Shown here piece after piece: positions 6,353 to 15,309 of a stretch of DNA of 64,000 nucleotides. Every line of letters begins with the position of its first letter. The stretch's first letter is position 1. This DNA comes from a virus: positions 1 to 64,000 of IMG/VR virus record IMGVR_UViG_3300037316_000027, one strand, 5' to 3'. The position numbers and the translations under genes are program-made. The notes beneath the pieces were generated by a model. That model saw only the letters and a list, made by a program, of their open reading frames with translations, did not search any database and was not told the DNA's origin.

Positions 6353-7486
6353 ATGGGTAAGTCAAAAACAGATGCCGAGCGTCTCGCCGACGCCAACGAT
6401 ATCATCCGCAACAAAGAGACCACCATCCGGGCGCTCAACAAGGAGTTGCGGAGCCGCTCCCAAAGCAACGACACGGCCGAAAGCCTCCGCGAAGAAATCT
6501 TCGGGCTCGAAGCGTACACGCGTGAGCCGCCGACGTGGCTGACGCCGGCCAAGACCGCTTCTCACAAGACGACTGGTGTTCCGCTGATCCTCGCATCGGA
6601 CTGGCATTGGGGTGAAACGGTCGATCCCGATCAGGTCGGCGGCATGAACGCCTTTAATCGGAGGATCGCTAAGGAGCGCGTCAAGATTTTCGGCAGTGCC
6701 GTAATCGACCTGTGCTTCAATCACATGACCAACCCGAACTACCCGGGCGTCGTGTTCTGTGTCGGCGGTGACATGATCACTGGCGGCATTCATGAGGACC
6801 TTCGCGAAACCAATGACGGCCCGGTGACACTGGCCGTGGTCGAAGTCGAAGAGCAACTGATTGGTTTCATCACGATGCTCGCCGACAAGTTCGGCAAGGT
6901 GTTCGTGCCGTGCGTTCCGGGCAATCACGGGCGCACGACGCTGAAGCCGCGCGCGAAGAACCGGGTATTCGACAGTTGGGAGTGGGTGATCTACCAGCAC
7001 CTTGAGCGCCATTTCGCGAATGACCCGAGGGTGACCATCCATGTCCCGAACGAAGTTGACGCCCACTTTGCGATTTATGGTCATCGTTTTATGCTCACTC
7101 ATGGTGATACGCTTGGGGTCAAGGGTGGCGATGGCATTATCGGTGCTCTTGGTCCGATCGCTCGTGGCGCGATCAAGGTCGGCCGTTCGGAAGCTCAGTG
7201 TGGTCGTGACTTCGATACTCTTCTGATCGGTCACTACCACACGTACATCCCGCGCGGCGACGCGGTGCCGGTGCTCGCCAACGGCTCACTGATCGGCTAC
7301 AACGAGTACGCCCGTCTGTTGCTCCGCGCCGGTCCGACGCGCCCCACTCAGGCGTTGGCCTTCATCCATCCACGCCGGGGGATCACCGCTCAGTGGCCGA
7401 TCTATCTCGACGGGGCCGAACGCCGCAAGCCGGGCTCTCAGGCTTGGGCTTCGTGGGAAGGAAAAACCCCGAAGAAAGTGGATTGA
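6353..7486 (+). CDS. calcineurin-like metallophosphoesterase
   Basis: SDWHWGE, GGDMITG, PGNHG, THGD, GHYH motifs. Confidence 0.88.
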   Translation: MGKSKTDAERLADANDIIRNKETTIRALNKELRSRSQSNDTAESLREEIFGLEAYTREPPTWLTPAKTASHKTTGVPLILASDWHWGETVDPDQVGGMNAFNRRIAKERVKIFGSAVIDLCFNHMTNPNYPGVVFCVGGDMITGGIHEDLRETNDGPVTLAVVEVEEQLIGFITMLADKFGKVFVPCVPGNHGRTTLKPRAKNRVFDSWEWVIYQHLERHFANDPRVTIHVPNEVDAHFAIYGHRFMLTHGDTLGVKGGDGIIGALGPIARGAIKVGRSEAQCGRDFDTLLIGHYHTYIPRGDAVPVLANGSLIGYNEYARLLLRAGPTRPTQALAFIHPRRGITAQWPIYLDGAERRKPGSQAWASWEGKTPKKVD

Positions 7487-7521
7487 CAAGATCAAGGACC
7501 CGGGCTAACAAGCTCGGGTCT

Positions 7522-7634
7522 TTCGGCATAAAGAGGGGCGCGCGGAGAGAGGCCTCGTCCTCAATACTGTGCGGCGTGAAGCTACAACGTGGCAGGGGCT
7601 AGTAGTCAGGAACCCTGCCCCTCTTTATACCGAA
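7522..7634 (+). ncRNA. putative structured RNA closed by a long terminal stem
   Basis: TTCGG-C-ATAAAGAGGGGC (7522-7539) pairs with GCCCCTCTTTAT-A-CCGAA (7617-7634); encloses hairpins including GGCAGGG/CCCTGCC. Confidence 0.55.
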
Positions 7635-7763
7635 CTTTCACGAACGCCGGGGCGAGGGTCCGCGTAATTAACGGATCATAGAACCCAAACGGTCCCGCCG
7701 AGCGAGCGCATCTGGTCTTTCCAGAAACGTTGGCGGGACCGGGCGCACAAAATGGAGCTACCA

Positions 7764-8174
7764 ATGGCAGCCGATACCTACGATCTTCTTGCGTCCATCG
7801 TTGCAGAGACCAAGTGCAAGCCGGGCTGGAAGTTCCTGCTGATCGACGAAGATGGCGCGAAGCGCCTCCGCATCACACTCACCACCACCGACAATTACGA
7901 TCCCGAGGACGGCGCGTATCGTCTCAATCATTTTCATCCTGTGCCGGCTGGCGTGACCTACAACGCGGCCACGTGGCGGCGTTGGATTTACGATCAGTGC
8001 ATCCGCACGATGCAGCATGAACTCGGTGAAGCCCTGCGCTTCGGCGCTGAAGAACTTCGCCCATTCGCCCCCATGCACGGCCCCGGGGAAGACCCTTACA
8101 CAGTGCATGAGTGGCGTCCTGAGAAGGATGCACTGACGACGCAAGACGGCTCGCTACGCGAAGGGCCGGTCTAA
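7764..8174 (+). CDS. hypothetical protein
   Basis: GGAG SD before ATG at 7764; globular composition. Confidence 0.7.
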   Translation: MAADTYDLLASIVAETKCKPGWKFLLIDEDGAKRLRITLTTTDNYDPEDGAYRLNHFHPVPAGVTYNAATWRRWIYDQCIRTMQHELGEALRFGAEELRPFAPMHGPGEDPYTVHEWRPEKDALTTQDGSLREGPV

Positions 8175-8348
8175 ATGTGGGTGGCCGTTAAAGTGGTGCT
8201 AGCTGGGGCCGCACCCATTATTGGCTGCGTAGTCGGGCCGTTCGACAATCGACAAGCAGCCGAGGACTATGGCGAAAAAGCAGTCTACGGCAGTCTTGGG
8301 TACGAGCGATGGATCGTTAGAGAGCTGGAAGCTCCGAAGGAAATCTGA
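8175..8348 (+). CDS. small hypothetical protein (57 aa), not in the ORF track
   Basis: Starts directly after the upstream stop; MWVAVKVV...VVGPFDNRQAAEDYG. Confidence 0.55.
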   Translation: MWVAVKVVLAGAAPIIGCVVGPFDNRQAAEDYGEKAVYGSLGYERWIVRELEAPKEI

Positions 8349-8557
8349 TGTTGCTGACCGCTCTTTGAAGGGATGTAAAATGCTGGATTGTTTTCGAGAC
8401 TTCGATCTGTCGCGCCCCGTGTGTCATCGGTGCGTCTACTTTGCCGTGCTTATGTCCATCCTCACCGCTGGCGTGGCGCTGGGGCTCGGTAGATAGCACC
8501 CGGGCTTGACTTGAAAAGAGATCGTTCAAATGTATCGGTTCTATGTGGGAGGCTAAT

Positions 8558-9136
8558 TTGCGCATATATATGGCTGGGCCGCTGTTCTCAACGGCCGAAT
8601 GCGACTTCAATACCTTGCTTGCTGAGCAGCTCCGTTTGCGCGGGCACGAAATCTTTCTGCCGCAAGAGCACGAACAGCGCTCCGATCGGCCGGACCTGAT
8701 CTTCAAGAGCGATGTCGCTGGGATCGATTGGTCCGACTGCGTGCTCGCCAATCTCGACGGACCGGACCCGGACAGCGGCACGTGCTGGGAGCTGGGTTAC
8801 GGCTTCAAGAATAAGCTGATCGTCGTCTACCGCACGGACTTCCGCCTGTTCGAAGGTTCTGACAAGGTCAATCTCATGATGACCGAGAGCGCTGACCACG
8901 TCATCTACGCGCCGAAGGCATCCGTGCAAGAGCTTGCCGAGCGCATCGATCGCGCCCTTCGCTCTCTGCGAGATCACACCGTAGCCGATCAGTTCGGCGG
9001 GTTCGACCGCGTCGTAAAGTCCGATCGCGGCAACGATGCCGGGATCACGCGCGAGAGCGCCTATGCGCGCCATGTAGCGGGCGGACGATCCGGCGAAGTC
9101 AGACTGACGCCGGTCTATCAGCACGCGGACAAGTAG
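8558..9136 (+). CDS. nucleoside 2-deoxyribosyltransferase / nucleotide N-glycosidase family
   Basis: IYMAGPLFS..E, D..GID.SD, DSGTCWELGYG, NLMM motifs; GGAGG SD before TTG at 8558. Confidence 0.85.
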   Translation: MRIYMAGPLFSTAECDFNTLLAEQLRLRGHEIFLPQEHEQRSDRPDLIFKSDVAGIDWSDCVLANLDGPDPDSGTCWELGYGFKNKLIVVYRTDFRLFEGSDKVNLMMTESADHVIYAPKASVQELAERIDRALRSLRDHTVADQFGGFDRVVKSDRGNDAGITRESAYARHVAGGRSGEVRLTPVYQHADK

Positions 9137-9137
9137 A

Positions 9138-9617
9138 ATGGTCGTCCGCTCAATGGAGTGCCCGGATATCCGAGCCTGTCTCAATCTCGTAAGAGAGAAC
9201 TGGGACGCGGTCTCTGTCGCGCGTGCCGAAGAGCAGATGTACGAATACTTCAGGGGCGGCAAGTACGCGCCTAAATTTTTCGTGGCCGACAACGCCGCCG
9301 ACAGGGGCGTCGTCGGCTTCGCCGCCTACCAGCGATCAATGCGGATGCACGGTGCCTTCGACCTGATCTGGCTTGCCGTGGATAAGCAACGCCACGGCAC
9401 AGGCATCGGCGAGGCGCTGACGAAGCATCGCATCAACGAGATCAGAACGCTCGGCGGGGCGAACGTCACCCTCGTCACGCAGAAGCCGGGCTATTTCAAC
9501 CGTTTTGGTTTTATCACGGTCGCGGAACTGGGCAACGACTGGGTCGAAATGATCGTACTTCTACGTCCAGCACACATGGAGCACGTACATAATGACCATG
9601 ATCAAGATCGTTCCTGA
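9138..9617 (+). CDS. GNAT acetyltransferase
   Basis: LAVDKQRHGTGIGEAL acetyl-CoA motif; YFNRFGF. Confidence 0.85.
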   Translation: MVVRSMECPDIRACLNLVRENWDAVSVARAEEQMYEYFRGGKYAPKFFVADNAADRGVVGFAAYQRSMRMHGAFDLIWLAVDKQRHGTGIGEALTKHRINEIRTLGGANVTLVTQKPGYFNRFGFITVAELGNDWVEMIVLLRPAHMEHVHNDHDQDRS

Positions 9618-9795
9618 CAGCTCGCCCAATGCTGATGGAGAATGGGTTGACATCCCGGTCACTTTCCCCCGCAGCATGAAGTGGCTGGAGACAGAGCAAT
9701 TGGTCCGATCTCACATCCCCGCAGGTTTCCATCTTGTTGCCGTCTCTCGCGATCCGCGCGAGACGCTCAACAGCATCATGAAGCTGAGGCCATGA
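9592..9795 (+). CDS. hypothetical protein
   Basis: Short ORF overlapping its neighbours in operon fashion. Confidence 0.5.
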   Translation: MTMIKIVPDSSPNADGEWVDIPVTFPRSMKWLETEQLVRSHIPAGFHLVAVSRDPRETLNSIMKLRP

Positions 9796-10061
9796 CCGGA
9801 GAGAGCGCCTTCGTTGTTCATCGCTTGCGATCGAAGCCAGTCGAATATACGGTGACGATCTCGCACTTCGTGCGCGCCGGGCAGTGGGTTATGAGCGTGG
9901 GCGTTGACGATGTTGACGAGGATCGCGAGAACCGGCTCCGCGTCGCCGCCGATCTTCGCGCCGCTGCCGAGTGGATCGAGGAAGACTACGGTTCGCCGCC
10001 TTCGGACGACAACCCAGTCCCGCCGGCTGCATCACGAAATGTTACTCCAGAGCCGCAGTGA
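9792..10061 (+). CDS. hypothetical protein
   Basis: ATGA-coupled start; GAGG SD. Confidence 0.55.
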   Translation: MTGESAFVVHRLRSKPVEYTVTISHFVRAGQWVMSVGVDDVDEDRENRLRVAADLRAAAEWIEEDYGSPPSDDNPVPPAASRNVTPEPQ

Positions 10062-10243
10062 CTTCTCGCGCTGCCCCGTTGAAAATTCATGCAAGTTGTC
10101 CAGCATCGATCGTGTCAAGAAAAACTTTTTGATGCAAGATACCCAATCAAACCGGGCATCTGATCCGCTATTCTATATCGAAACTGGAAAATCCAAAAAG
10201 TCGATTTGCTATAATGCCTCCATCGTAACAAATGGAGAGCACG

Positions 10244-10474
10244 ATGTACGACTACCCAGAGCTACCCGACTTCTGTCGGATACCGCAGGCCGAACGCAAG
10301 GCAGCGTGGAGGGGCCGCAAGCTGACGAGACAAGGATCGATGTTCGTCAAGCCGACGAAGGCGGAAGACGCAGCGACGCGCAAGTTGCGTCGGGAGATCG
10401 AAGCGTCCGAAGCCGCCAAGAAGGCAGCCCGGTTCGCGCGCCTCAAGGAGATGGCCGCCGAAAGGAAACGTTAA
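10244..10474 (+). CDS. small basic protein
   Basis: GGAGAG SD; TGCTATAAT extended -10 at about 10207-10215; YPELPDFC.I motif; C-terminal K/R/A helix. Confidence 0.65.
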   Translation: MYDYPELPDFCRIPQAERKAAWRGRKLTRQGSMFVKPTKAEDAATRKLRREIEASEAAKKAARFARLKEMAAERKR

Positions 10475-10493
10475 CCATCGTGCGAGACCCTCG

Positions 10494-10522
10494 TTGACAT
10501 TCTCAGGGACAAGCTTTAGGTT
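10494..10522 (+). promoter_or_regulatory. sigma70-type promoter of the large ncRNA
   Basis: TTGACA (10494-10499) - 17 nt - TAGGTT (10517-10522). Confidence 0.65.
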
Positions 10523-10528
10523 CGGGTG

Positions 10529-10863
10529 ACTGGAGCGGCCCAAGCGAAAACGGGATCAGCCAGTAGCTCGTGCCGCAAGGAGAACGCACTCCGATGAAGA
10601 ACTGAAACGCCGGCCACTCCGGGCCTGCCCTAGCTGGGACCCGGTAGGCGAGAGACAGATAGGGCGCGCTCCGGGAAATCTGGCCGGGGCGCGTAGCGAG
10701 AGGGACGCAGCTCAATAGACAAGGCCCAGTGCACATCGAACTGTGTTTTCCCGGTACGCGGCGTAGGGTGGTTGCCTACGGGACATAGGAGAGTAACTTC
10801 TCTCCGGGAACTACACATAGGAACCGCCCCGGAGATGATCTCTCCCCGGGGCGGTTCTGTTTT
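10529..10863 (+). ncRNA. large (~335 nt) multi-branched ncRNA, family unassigned
   Basis: Lies between a promoter and a terminator, has no credible ORF, and forms many stems (see findings). Confidence 0.7.
10821..10863 (+). terminator. intrinsic terminator at the convergence of the two transcription arms
   Basis: GAACCGCCCCGG...CCGGGGCGGTTC followed by TGTTTT. Confidence 0.8.
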
Positions 10864-10918
10864 GGGTACGTTCCGCCCCGATTTGGGGGCGGTTTCCCGG
10901 GGCTGGCGAGCCCGCCTG

Positions 10919-11473
10919 TTAGGCGGTCAGGCCGGAGGCTCCGGGAGCCGCGCCGGAAGCGGCAGGGCTCGCAGCGGCGGCGGCAGCCACGGCACCAGCG
11001 GCACCAGTAGCGGCCGAAGCGGCCGGGGCAACTGCACCCGGGGTCCCAGAAGCGTCGCTGGCAGCCGCCGCAGGGGCAGCCGCGCCAGTCGCGCCGGTAG
11101 CGGCCGGAGCCGGGGCAGCCGCGACAGCGGTAGCTACGGCGGCGGTCGCCGGGGTCAGGGCCGCGACAGCGGTCTGGGCAGCCTGAGTTCCAGCGACAAG
11201 GCGCGCAACCTGAGCCTCAATGGCTGGGTCGAGAGCCGTGCTGGAGCTGGCCACGGCAGCCGCGAGGGCAGCCGCGTCGGTCTGAAGGTCTCCGACCACG
11301 GTCGTCAGCTCGGCAACAACGCCGTCAACGGCAGCAGTCAGGTCAAGGATGGCTTGGTCGGTCATTTTCATTTCCTCTCGGATGGTAGCTCGGATGGTGC
11401 CGACGAGCCGTTCGGCAATGTGTTCCAAAATTCGGTCAGCGACGGCGTCGATTTCATGTTGCATCAATGTCAT
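10919..11473 (-). CDS. Ala-rich coiled-coil / low-complexity protein
   Basis: Heptad-like N-terminal half; A/P/T/G-rich tail. Confidence 0.65.
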   Translation of the reverse strand: MTLMQHEIDAVADRILEHIAERLVGTIRATIREEMKMTDQAILDLTAAVDGVVAELTTVVGDLQTDAAALAAAVASSSTALDPAIEAQVARLVAGTQAAQTAVAALTPATAAVATAVAAAPAPAATGATGAAAPAAAASDASGTPGAVAPAASAATGAAGAVAAAAAASPAASGAAPGASGLTA

Positions 11474-11555
11474 GGCTTGACCCTTTTCAGCGTGGATAAC
11501 TCTAGCACGCTGTCATCGTTCCGTCCACTGACTTTTCCGCAACTGGCAATCACCT

Positions 11556-11813
11556 TCAGTGCAGACGATGTCCGCCGAAGTCGAAGCCATTGAGATCGGT
11601 GATGATCTGCGATCGGTGTAGCGTGTGCCCGACGCGGACCGCGACAAGCGGCCCTTCGATCTCAGCCTCCCAGAAGCGCAAGAACTTCATGAGCGCCGGA
11701 AAGTCCGGAAGCGCGTCATAGTTCTGCCAGATGAACTCCTGCAATATCGACAGACGATCCGGCATTCGATAGACGATGTGCGCCGTCACCAGACTAGTCT
11801 TTCCGTGCCACAT
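11556..11813 (-). CDS. usg: Usg-family protein
   Basis: LVTAHIVYRMPD..SILQEFIWQ.YD..PDFP.L.KFL.FW...IEGPL..VRV.H and C-terminal RLH match the alphaproteobacterial Usg pattern. Confidence 0.85.
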   Translation of the reverse strand: MWHGKTSLVTAHIVYRMPDRLSILQEFIWQNYDALPDFPALMKFLRFWEAEIEGPLVAVRVGHTLHRSQIITDLNGFDFGGHRLH

Positions 11814-11828
11814 GCGAGCCCCCTCGTG

Positions 11829-12014
11829 TTAGTGAATGACGGTTTGGATCAGTTTGATCGCAGCATAGGTCGCCAACATTTCTATGAGAACCCACGCGAT
11901 GGAGCCGATCACAGTCGCGACCCGATAGCGCGCGAGCTTCGCGCGGTCCATCGGGCTCTGAAGGGGAGCGGCTTCGTCGATCTCCACCACCACTATTTCC
12001 GGCTTCTTGTCCAT
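11829..12014 (-). CDS. small membrane protein
   Basis: GAGGA SD; C-terminal TM segment. Confidence 0.55.
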   Translation of the reverse strand: MDKKPEIVVVEIDEAAPLQSPMDRAKLARYRVATVIGSIAWVLIEMLATYAAIKLIQTVIH

Positions 12015-12024
12015 GACGGTCCTC

Positions 12025-12543
12025 TTAGCGAATGGTGAGATTGAGACTTCGTCTGACTGATGTATAGGTGCGCCCGCCCGGACAAAGATCGAAAACTTCC
12101 GAGATGTATTTGTACTCGCCGGGCTCAACGCTGGCCGGCACCCAACGCGTGCTGGCCGGAAGGTCTTGCGTCCCGAGCTGGGCGGGCGGCTGCGTGACGG
12201 GCTCAATGATCTTCACGACTTCGAGATTGTCCGTCAGCCGCACGAGTGACCATCGCACTTCATATGGACAGAGCCGATTGAGGGTCACGTTGACATGGGC
12301 GTTGAACGGCTTCCCCGCGAGCAGAATAGTCGGCTCCAGCGTGAGGCTGTTGACAATGCGAGGCGGGATATCCGCGTCGCGCGCGGAGAACACGCTATAG
12401 GAGAACCATGCAGCGGCGATCAGCAGCGCCGCCCCTGAGAGCATGTTCAAGACGAGGGTGGCCCACGTCCCGTTGTTGTAGAACTTCGCGAACTGGGAAT
12501 GGTAGCTATCGAACATAATGCCGCTCCACTTTTCCAATGGCAC
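12025..12543 (-). CDS. membrane-anchored protein with a two-Cys periplasmic domain
   Basis: One TM segment followed by a beta-rich domain; start uncertain. Confidence 0.6.
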   Translation of the reverse strand: MPLEKWSGIMFDSYHSQFAKFYNNGTWATLVLNMLSGAALLIAAAWFSYSVFSARDADIPPRIVNSLTLEPTILLAGKPFNAHVNVTLNRLCPYEVRWSLVRLTDNLEVVKIIEPVTQPPAQLGTQDLPASTRWVPASVEPGEYKYISEVFDLCPGGRTYTSVRRSLNLTIR

Positions 12544-12706
12544 AAGGGAATAATGTGCCCAATCGCGAACCCTAGCGCGGCGGAGATGATGAAGACCGCG
12601 ATGCCCTGAATAAAGAAGTTGAGGACATTGCGGTTCCGAAATGGGAAGTGCTGAATACCGACGAGCAGCAACTCAGCCGGTATGTGGATATCCTTTTCGA
12701 TGTCCA

Positions 12707-12931
12707 TCAGTGTTGTCCCTTGAAGAACAGGTTGGCGACCCAGCCAATCATGCCGCCGAGAAAAATCAGAATGGTCGTCGCGCCCTTCCAGCGGTTCGTC
12801 ATCGCGACGACCGCGTCGAGCTTCTTCTCCATGTCTTCTTGTTTTTTCATGATCGTCACGATGTTGGCACCCATCTCGCCGATGGCCTTCGCCGTGTTGA
12901 TCTCTGTTTCTGTTGCCCCGCCGGTCATCAC
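12707..12931 (-). CDS. small coiled-coil + TM protein (lysis-associated)
   Basis: Coiled coil, then RWKGA and a TM helix; typical of lysis cassettes. Confidence 0.55.
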   Translation of the reverse strand: MMTGGATETEINTAKAIGEMGANIVTIMKKQEDMEKKLDAVVAMTNRWKGATTILIFLGGMIGWVANLFFKGQH

Positions 12932-13184
12932 TTAGCCTTCTTTTTGTCGAGGCACTCCAATACCCGGTGCTGTTGTTCTACAGGAAATTCACTGACCCAA
13001 TCATCTTGGTTGCCCCAACTATCAAACCCTCTCGTGATCTGCTCGCAGCTCTTACCTCGCGTATTGAGGACTTTTGTCTTGACGCCGCTAGCGATCGTCT
13101 CGGTCGAAGACGCGGGCGCGTGCCGATGCTTGGGAGCATAGTGGTGCCCGCAGAATATCAAGAGGAAACAGACTGCTAAAATCT

Positions 13185-13607
13185 TCATCGCTTTCCAAAC
13201 GTTCCTGAAATGATGCGCGTGATCCGGGTTGAGGTTTCCGAGAGAAAATAAAAACCGAGGACTACCATAACAACATTCCAGAGGTTTGGGTCCAGTGTAT
13301 CAGTGCGGGTTTGAAAGAAAAATCCAAAAACCTTGTCGATTACGAAAATCTTGAACAGGTACAGTGCCGGGCCGATGGCGATCATAGACCTGATCCAGAT
13401 ATCGAGTGAGCCGTGCGCGGCGTCCGCGATCAGCACGTCGCGCCGCTGGCGGAGCGCGTCAATGTTCTCGTTGGCTGCAATCTGATCTTCTTGGGTCTGA
13501 GCCGTGATCAGCGCGATCTTCTGGTTAGAGATCGCAGCCGTGATACCGTTGATGGTGCCGAAAGCACCCGCAATCAGGGACGGAAGACCCGTAAGTAGTG
13601 CCCACAT
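13185..13607 (-). CDS. putative holin (3TM type)
   Basis: WIRSMIA...LW.VVMVVLGFYF; downstream of the endolysin. Confidence 0.6.
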   Translation of the reverse strand: MWALLTGLPSLIAGAFGTINGITAAISNQKIALITAQTQEDQIAANENIDALRQRRDVLIADAAHGSLDIWIRSMIAIGPALYLFKIFVIDKVFGFFFQTRTDTLDPNLWNVVMVVLGFYFLSETSTRITRIISGTFGKR

Positions 13608-13623
13608 GGCGGCGTCCCTTCTT

Positions 13624-13971
13624 TTACTTGCTACTGGCTGAAGTTGGTCCCAGAGGCGACGCCGGAGCCGGGGCCGCTGCGTTGTTAACCGTGATATTGA
13701 CTTCCTGATCCTGATCCTGCCGGCGAGGCATCAAATGCCCGTCATCATCTTCATATGTATTGGACCGGCGCGACATCTCAGTGATAAGCCCAGAGCCGAT
13801 CAGCCATAAGGTCAGGTATTTCTGGTCCGTGATGATGGGCGAGAGATCGATAGTGGTCAGGACGCCAAACACCATACCGAGAAAGACTTGAACGCGTGCG
13901 AACCAGATCACGCCCGATTGATGGAACGAGCGGTGAAAAGAGATTGCTCCGGTCTTGACAGTTTCCCACAT
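13624..13971 (-). CDS. two-TM membrane protein, holin-like
   Basis: Two hydrophobic segments; next to the endolysin. Confidence 0.55.
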   Translation of the reverse strand: MWETVKTGAISFHRSFHQSGVIWFARVQVFLGMVFGVLTTIDLSPIITDQKYLTLWLIGSGLITEMSRRSNTYEDDDGHLMPRRQDQDQEVNITVNNAAAPAPASPLGPTSASSK

Positions 13972-13987
13972 AGCGGAAGTCCTTTTA

Positions 13988-14824
13988 TTATGCGGTAGCC
14001 GCCGGGATGGTCGGGAGAACGATGCCCGGCGGAAGCATGACGGATGCGTTCGCGCCTGATGCCTTGTTAGCGGAGAGAGCTTCGAAGACGACGCCCGAGA
14101 TAACGGTCAGGGCTGCAACGCCCGCCGTGTAATACCACTCGTATCCTGCCGTGTGTACGGCAGCGGCAGCCGCGAGAGTGCTGCCCGCCGTGGTCTTGGG
14201 GGCCGTGGTGCCGACGTGGATAGCTTTGGGCTGGACCAGATGCGACAGGTCGGCTGCCGCAGGGGCGGCGACCGGCGTACCACCCTTGGCAAGATGCAGA
14301 CAGTAGGTCTGAAGGTCCACTACGCGAGCGCCCCACCCGTTGCCGAATTCTCGCCACGCTTCGCCGCCACGGATGGCGTGCATGAAGTGCAGGCGCTCAG
14401 CGCACATGGCCTTGACGAAGACGCCGGGATCGGATTTCTTGATAGCGTCAAGCAGGGCCTGATCCATCACACCGCGTCCCGGTATTTTCAGAATGGCGCG
14501 AGCTGAGAGCACGCCGCGCGAAGAGCCAGAGTTGATGCCGTAGTCCAGCATGCAGGCATCGGGGCCGGCCGGGAGATCGTCATACCGAATGGCGGTGGCG
14601 TACTTCGTCTTGTAAATCTGTTCGGCGGGGGCCCGCGTCATCGCTTGAACGATGGGAGCCCACTTCGCCATGGAAGTCATCTTTTGACCCATGTGCTCCG
14701 CGAGATCATAGCACGTGATGCCGTACTTGGTCGGGCCGCCCGGGTCCTTCTTGTTCCAGCCGTAGCCGCCCTCATACTTGTCAATGATGCGGTCGATGGT
14801 TTGAATGTAGGTGATCACTGACAT
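13988..14824 (-). CDS. endolysin, glycoside hydrolase family 108
   Basis: EGGY...DPGGPTKYGIT, LPAGPD...DYGINSG, FGNGW..RV; hydrophobic C-terminus. Confidence 0.92.
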   Translation of the reverse strand: MSVITYIQTIDRIIDKYEGGYGWNKKDPGGPTKYGITCYDLAEHMGQKMTSMAKWAPIVQAMTRAPAEQIYKTKYATAIRYDDLPAGPDACMLDYGINSGSSRGVLSARAILKIPGRGVMDQALLDAIKKSDPGVFVKAMCAERLHFMHAIRGGEAWREFGNGWGARVVDLQTYCLHLAKGGTPVAAPAAADLSHLVQPKAIHVGTTAPKTTAGSTLAAAAAVHTAGYEWYYTAGVAALTVISGVVFEALSANKASGANASVMLPPGIVLPTIPAATA

Positions 14825-14852
14825 GGGAGATACTCCGTGCGTAGATTAGGAT

Positions 14853-14885
14853 ATCCAGTCGCCGTAACGGGTGCGGCGACTGGAT
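14853..14885. terminator. 12-bp inverted repeat
   Basis: ATCCAGTCGCCG-9 nt-CGGCGACTGGAT. Confidence 0.6.
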
Positions 14886-14899
14886 TAACAGGCTAGCTG

Positions 14900-15277
14900 T
14901 TACGCGACCGGCGGAACGAGCGGAGCAGGGGCCGGGGCCGGGGCAGGCGCGGGCGCAGGCGCGGGGGCCGGGGTCAGGGCAGCGGCCGGAGCGGGCGCAA
15001 CCGGAGTACCGGCAACGGCGGCAGCGGAGGCGGCAACGAGCGCGGCGGCCGGAGACGACGGCTTCTTGGCCGCGACCGGGGCTACGACCTTGGCGGCCTT
15101 GATCTTCGCGACGGCGTCAGCTTCTACGCTGGTCAGTGCCGTGCGGACATCGGACGGAACACCCTTGAAGAAGTCGGTGATCTTTGTCGAACAAAGAACG
15201 CCGACGCCAAGGGAAACAACGCCGATGATGATATCGACTTCAAGATCGGTGAGCAGGGAGGGGTCGAATACGGACAT
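14900..15277 (-). CDS. membrane-anchored protein with (PA)n tail
   Basis: N-terminal TM segment; PAPAPAP repeats. Confidence 0.6.
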   Translation of the reverse strand: MSVFDPSLLTDLEVDIIIGVVSLGVGVLCSTKITDFFKGVPSDVRTALTSVEADAVAKIKAAKVVAPVAAKKPSSPAAALVAASAAAVAGTPVAPAPAAALTPAPAPAPAPAPAPAPAPLVPPVA

Positions 15278-15309
15278 GGCGGTGCCTTTCATGGGAATTA
15301 GGGTTCCCA

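Noticed and set aside
10590-10710. CGATGAAGAAC / GAACTGAAAC resemble 5.8S/23S rRNA words
   Set aside because: Only ~10-nt matches with no rRNA-like spacing or flanks; not an rRNA fragment.
10529-10863. RNase P, tmRNA or cobalamin riboswitch identity for the large RNA
   Set aside because: No GAGGAAAGTCC or CCCGGCTTA boxes, no tRNA-like ends with CCA, only a partial GCCACT box, and no downstream sense gene.
10772-11593. 273-aa Gly/Ser/Arg-rich + strand ORF
   Set aside because: Antisense shadow of the Ala-rich - strand gene, and it starts across a terminator.
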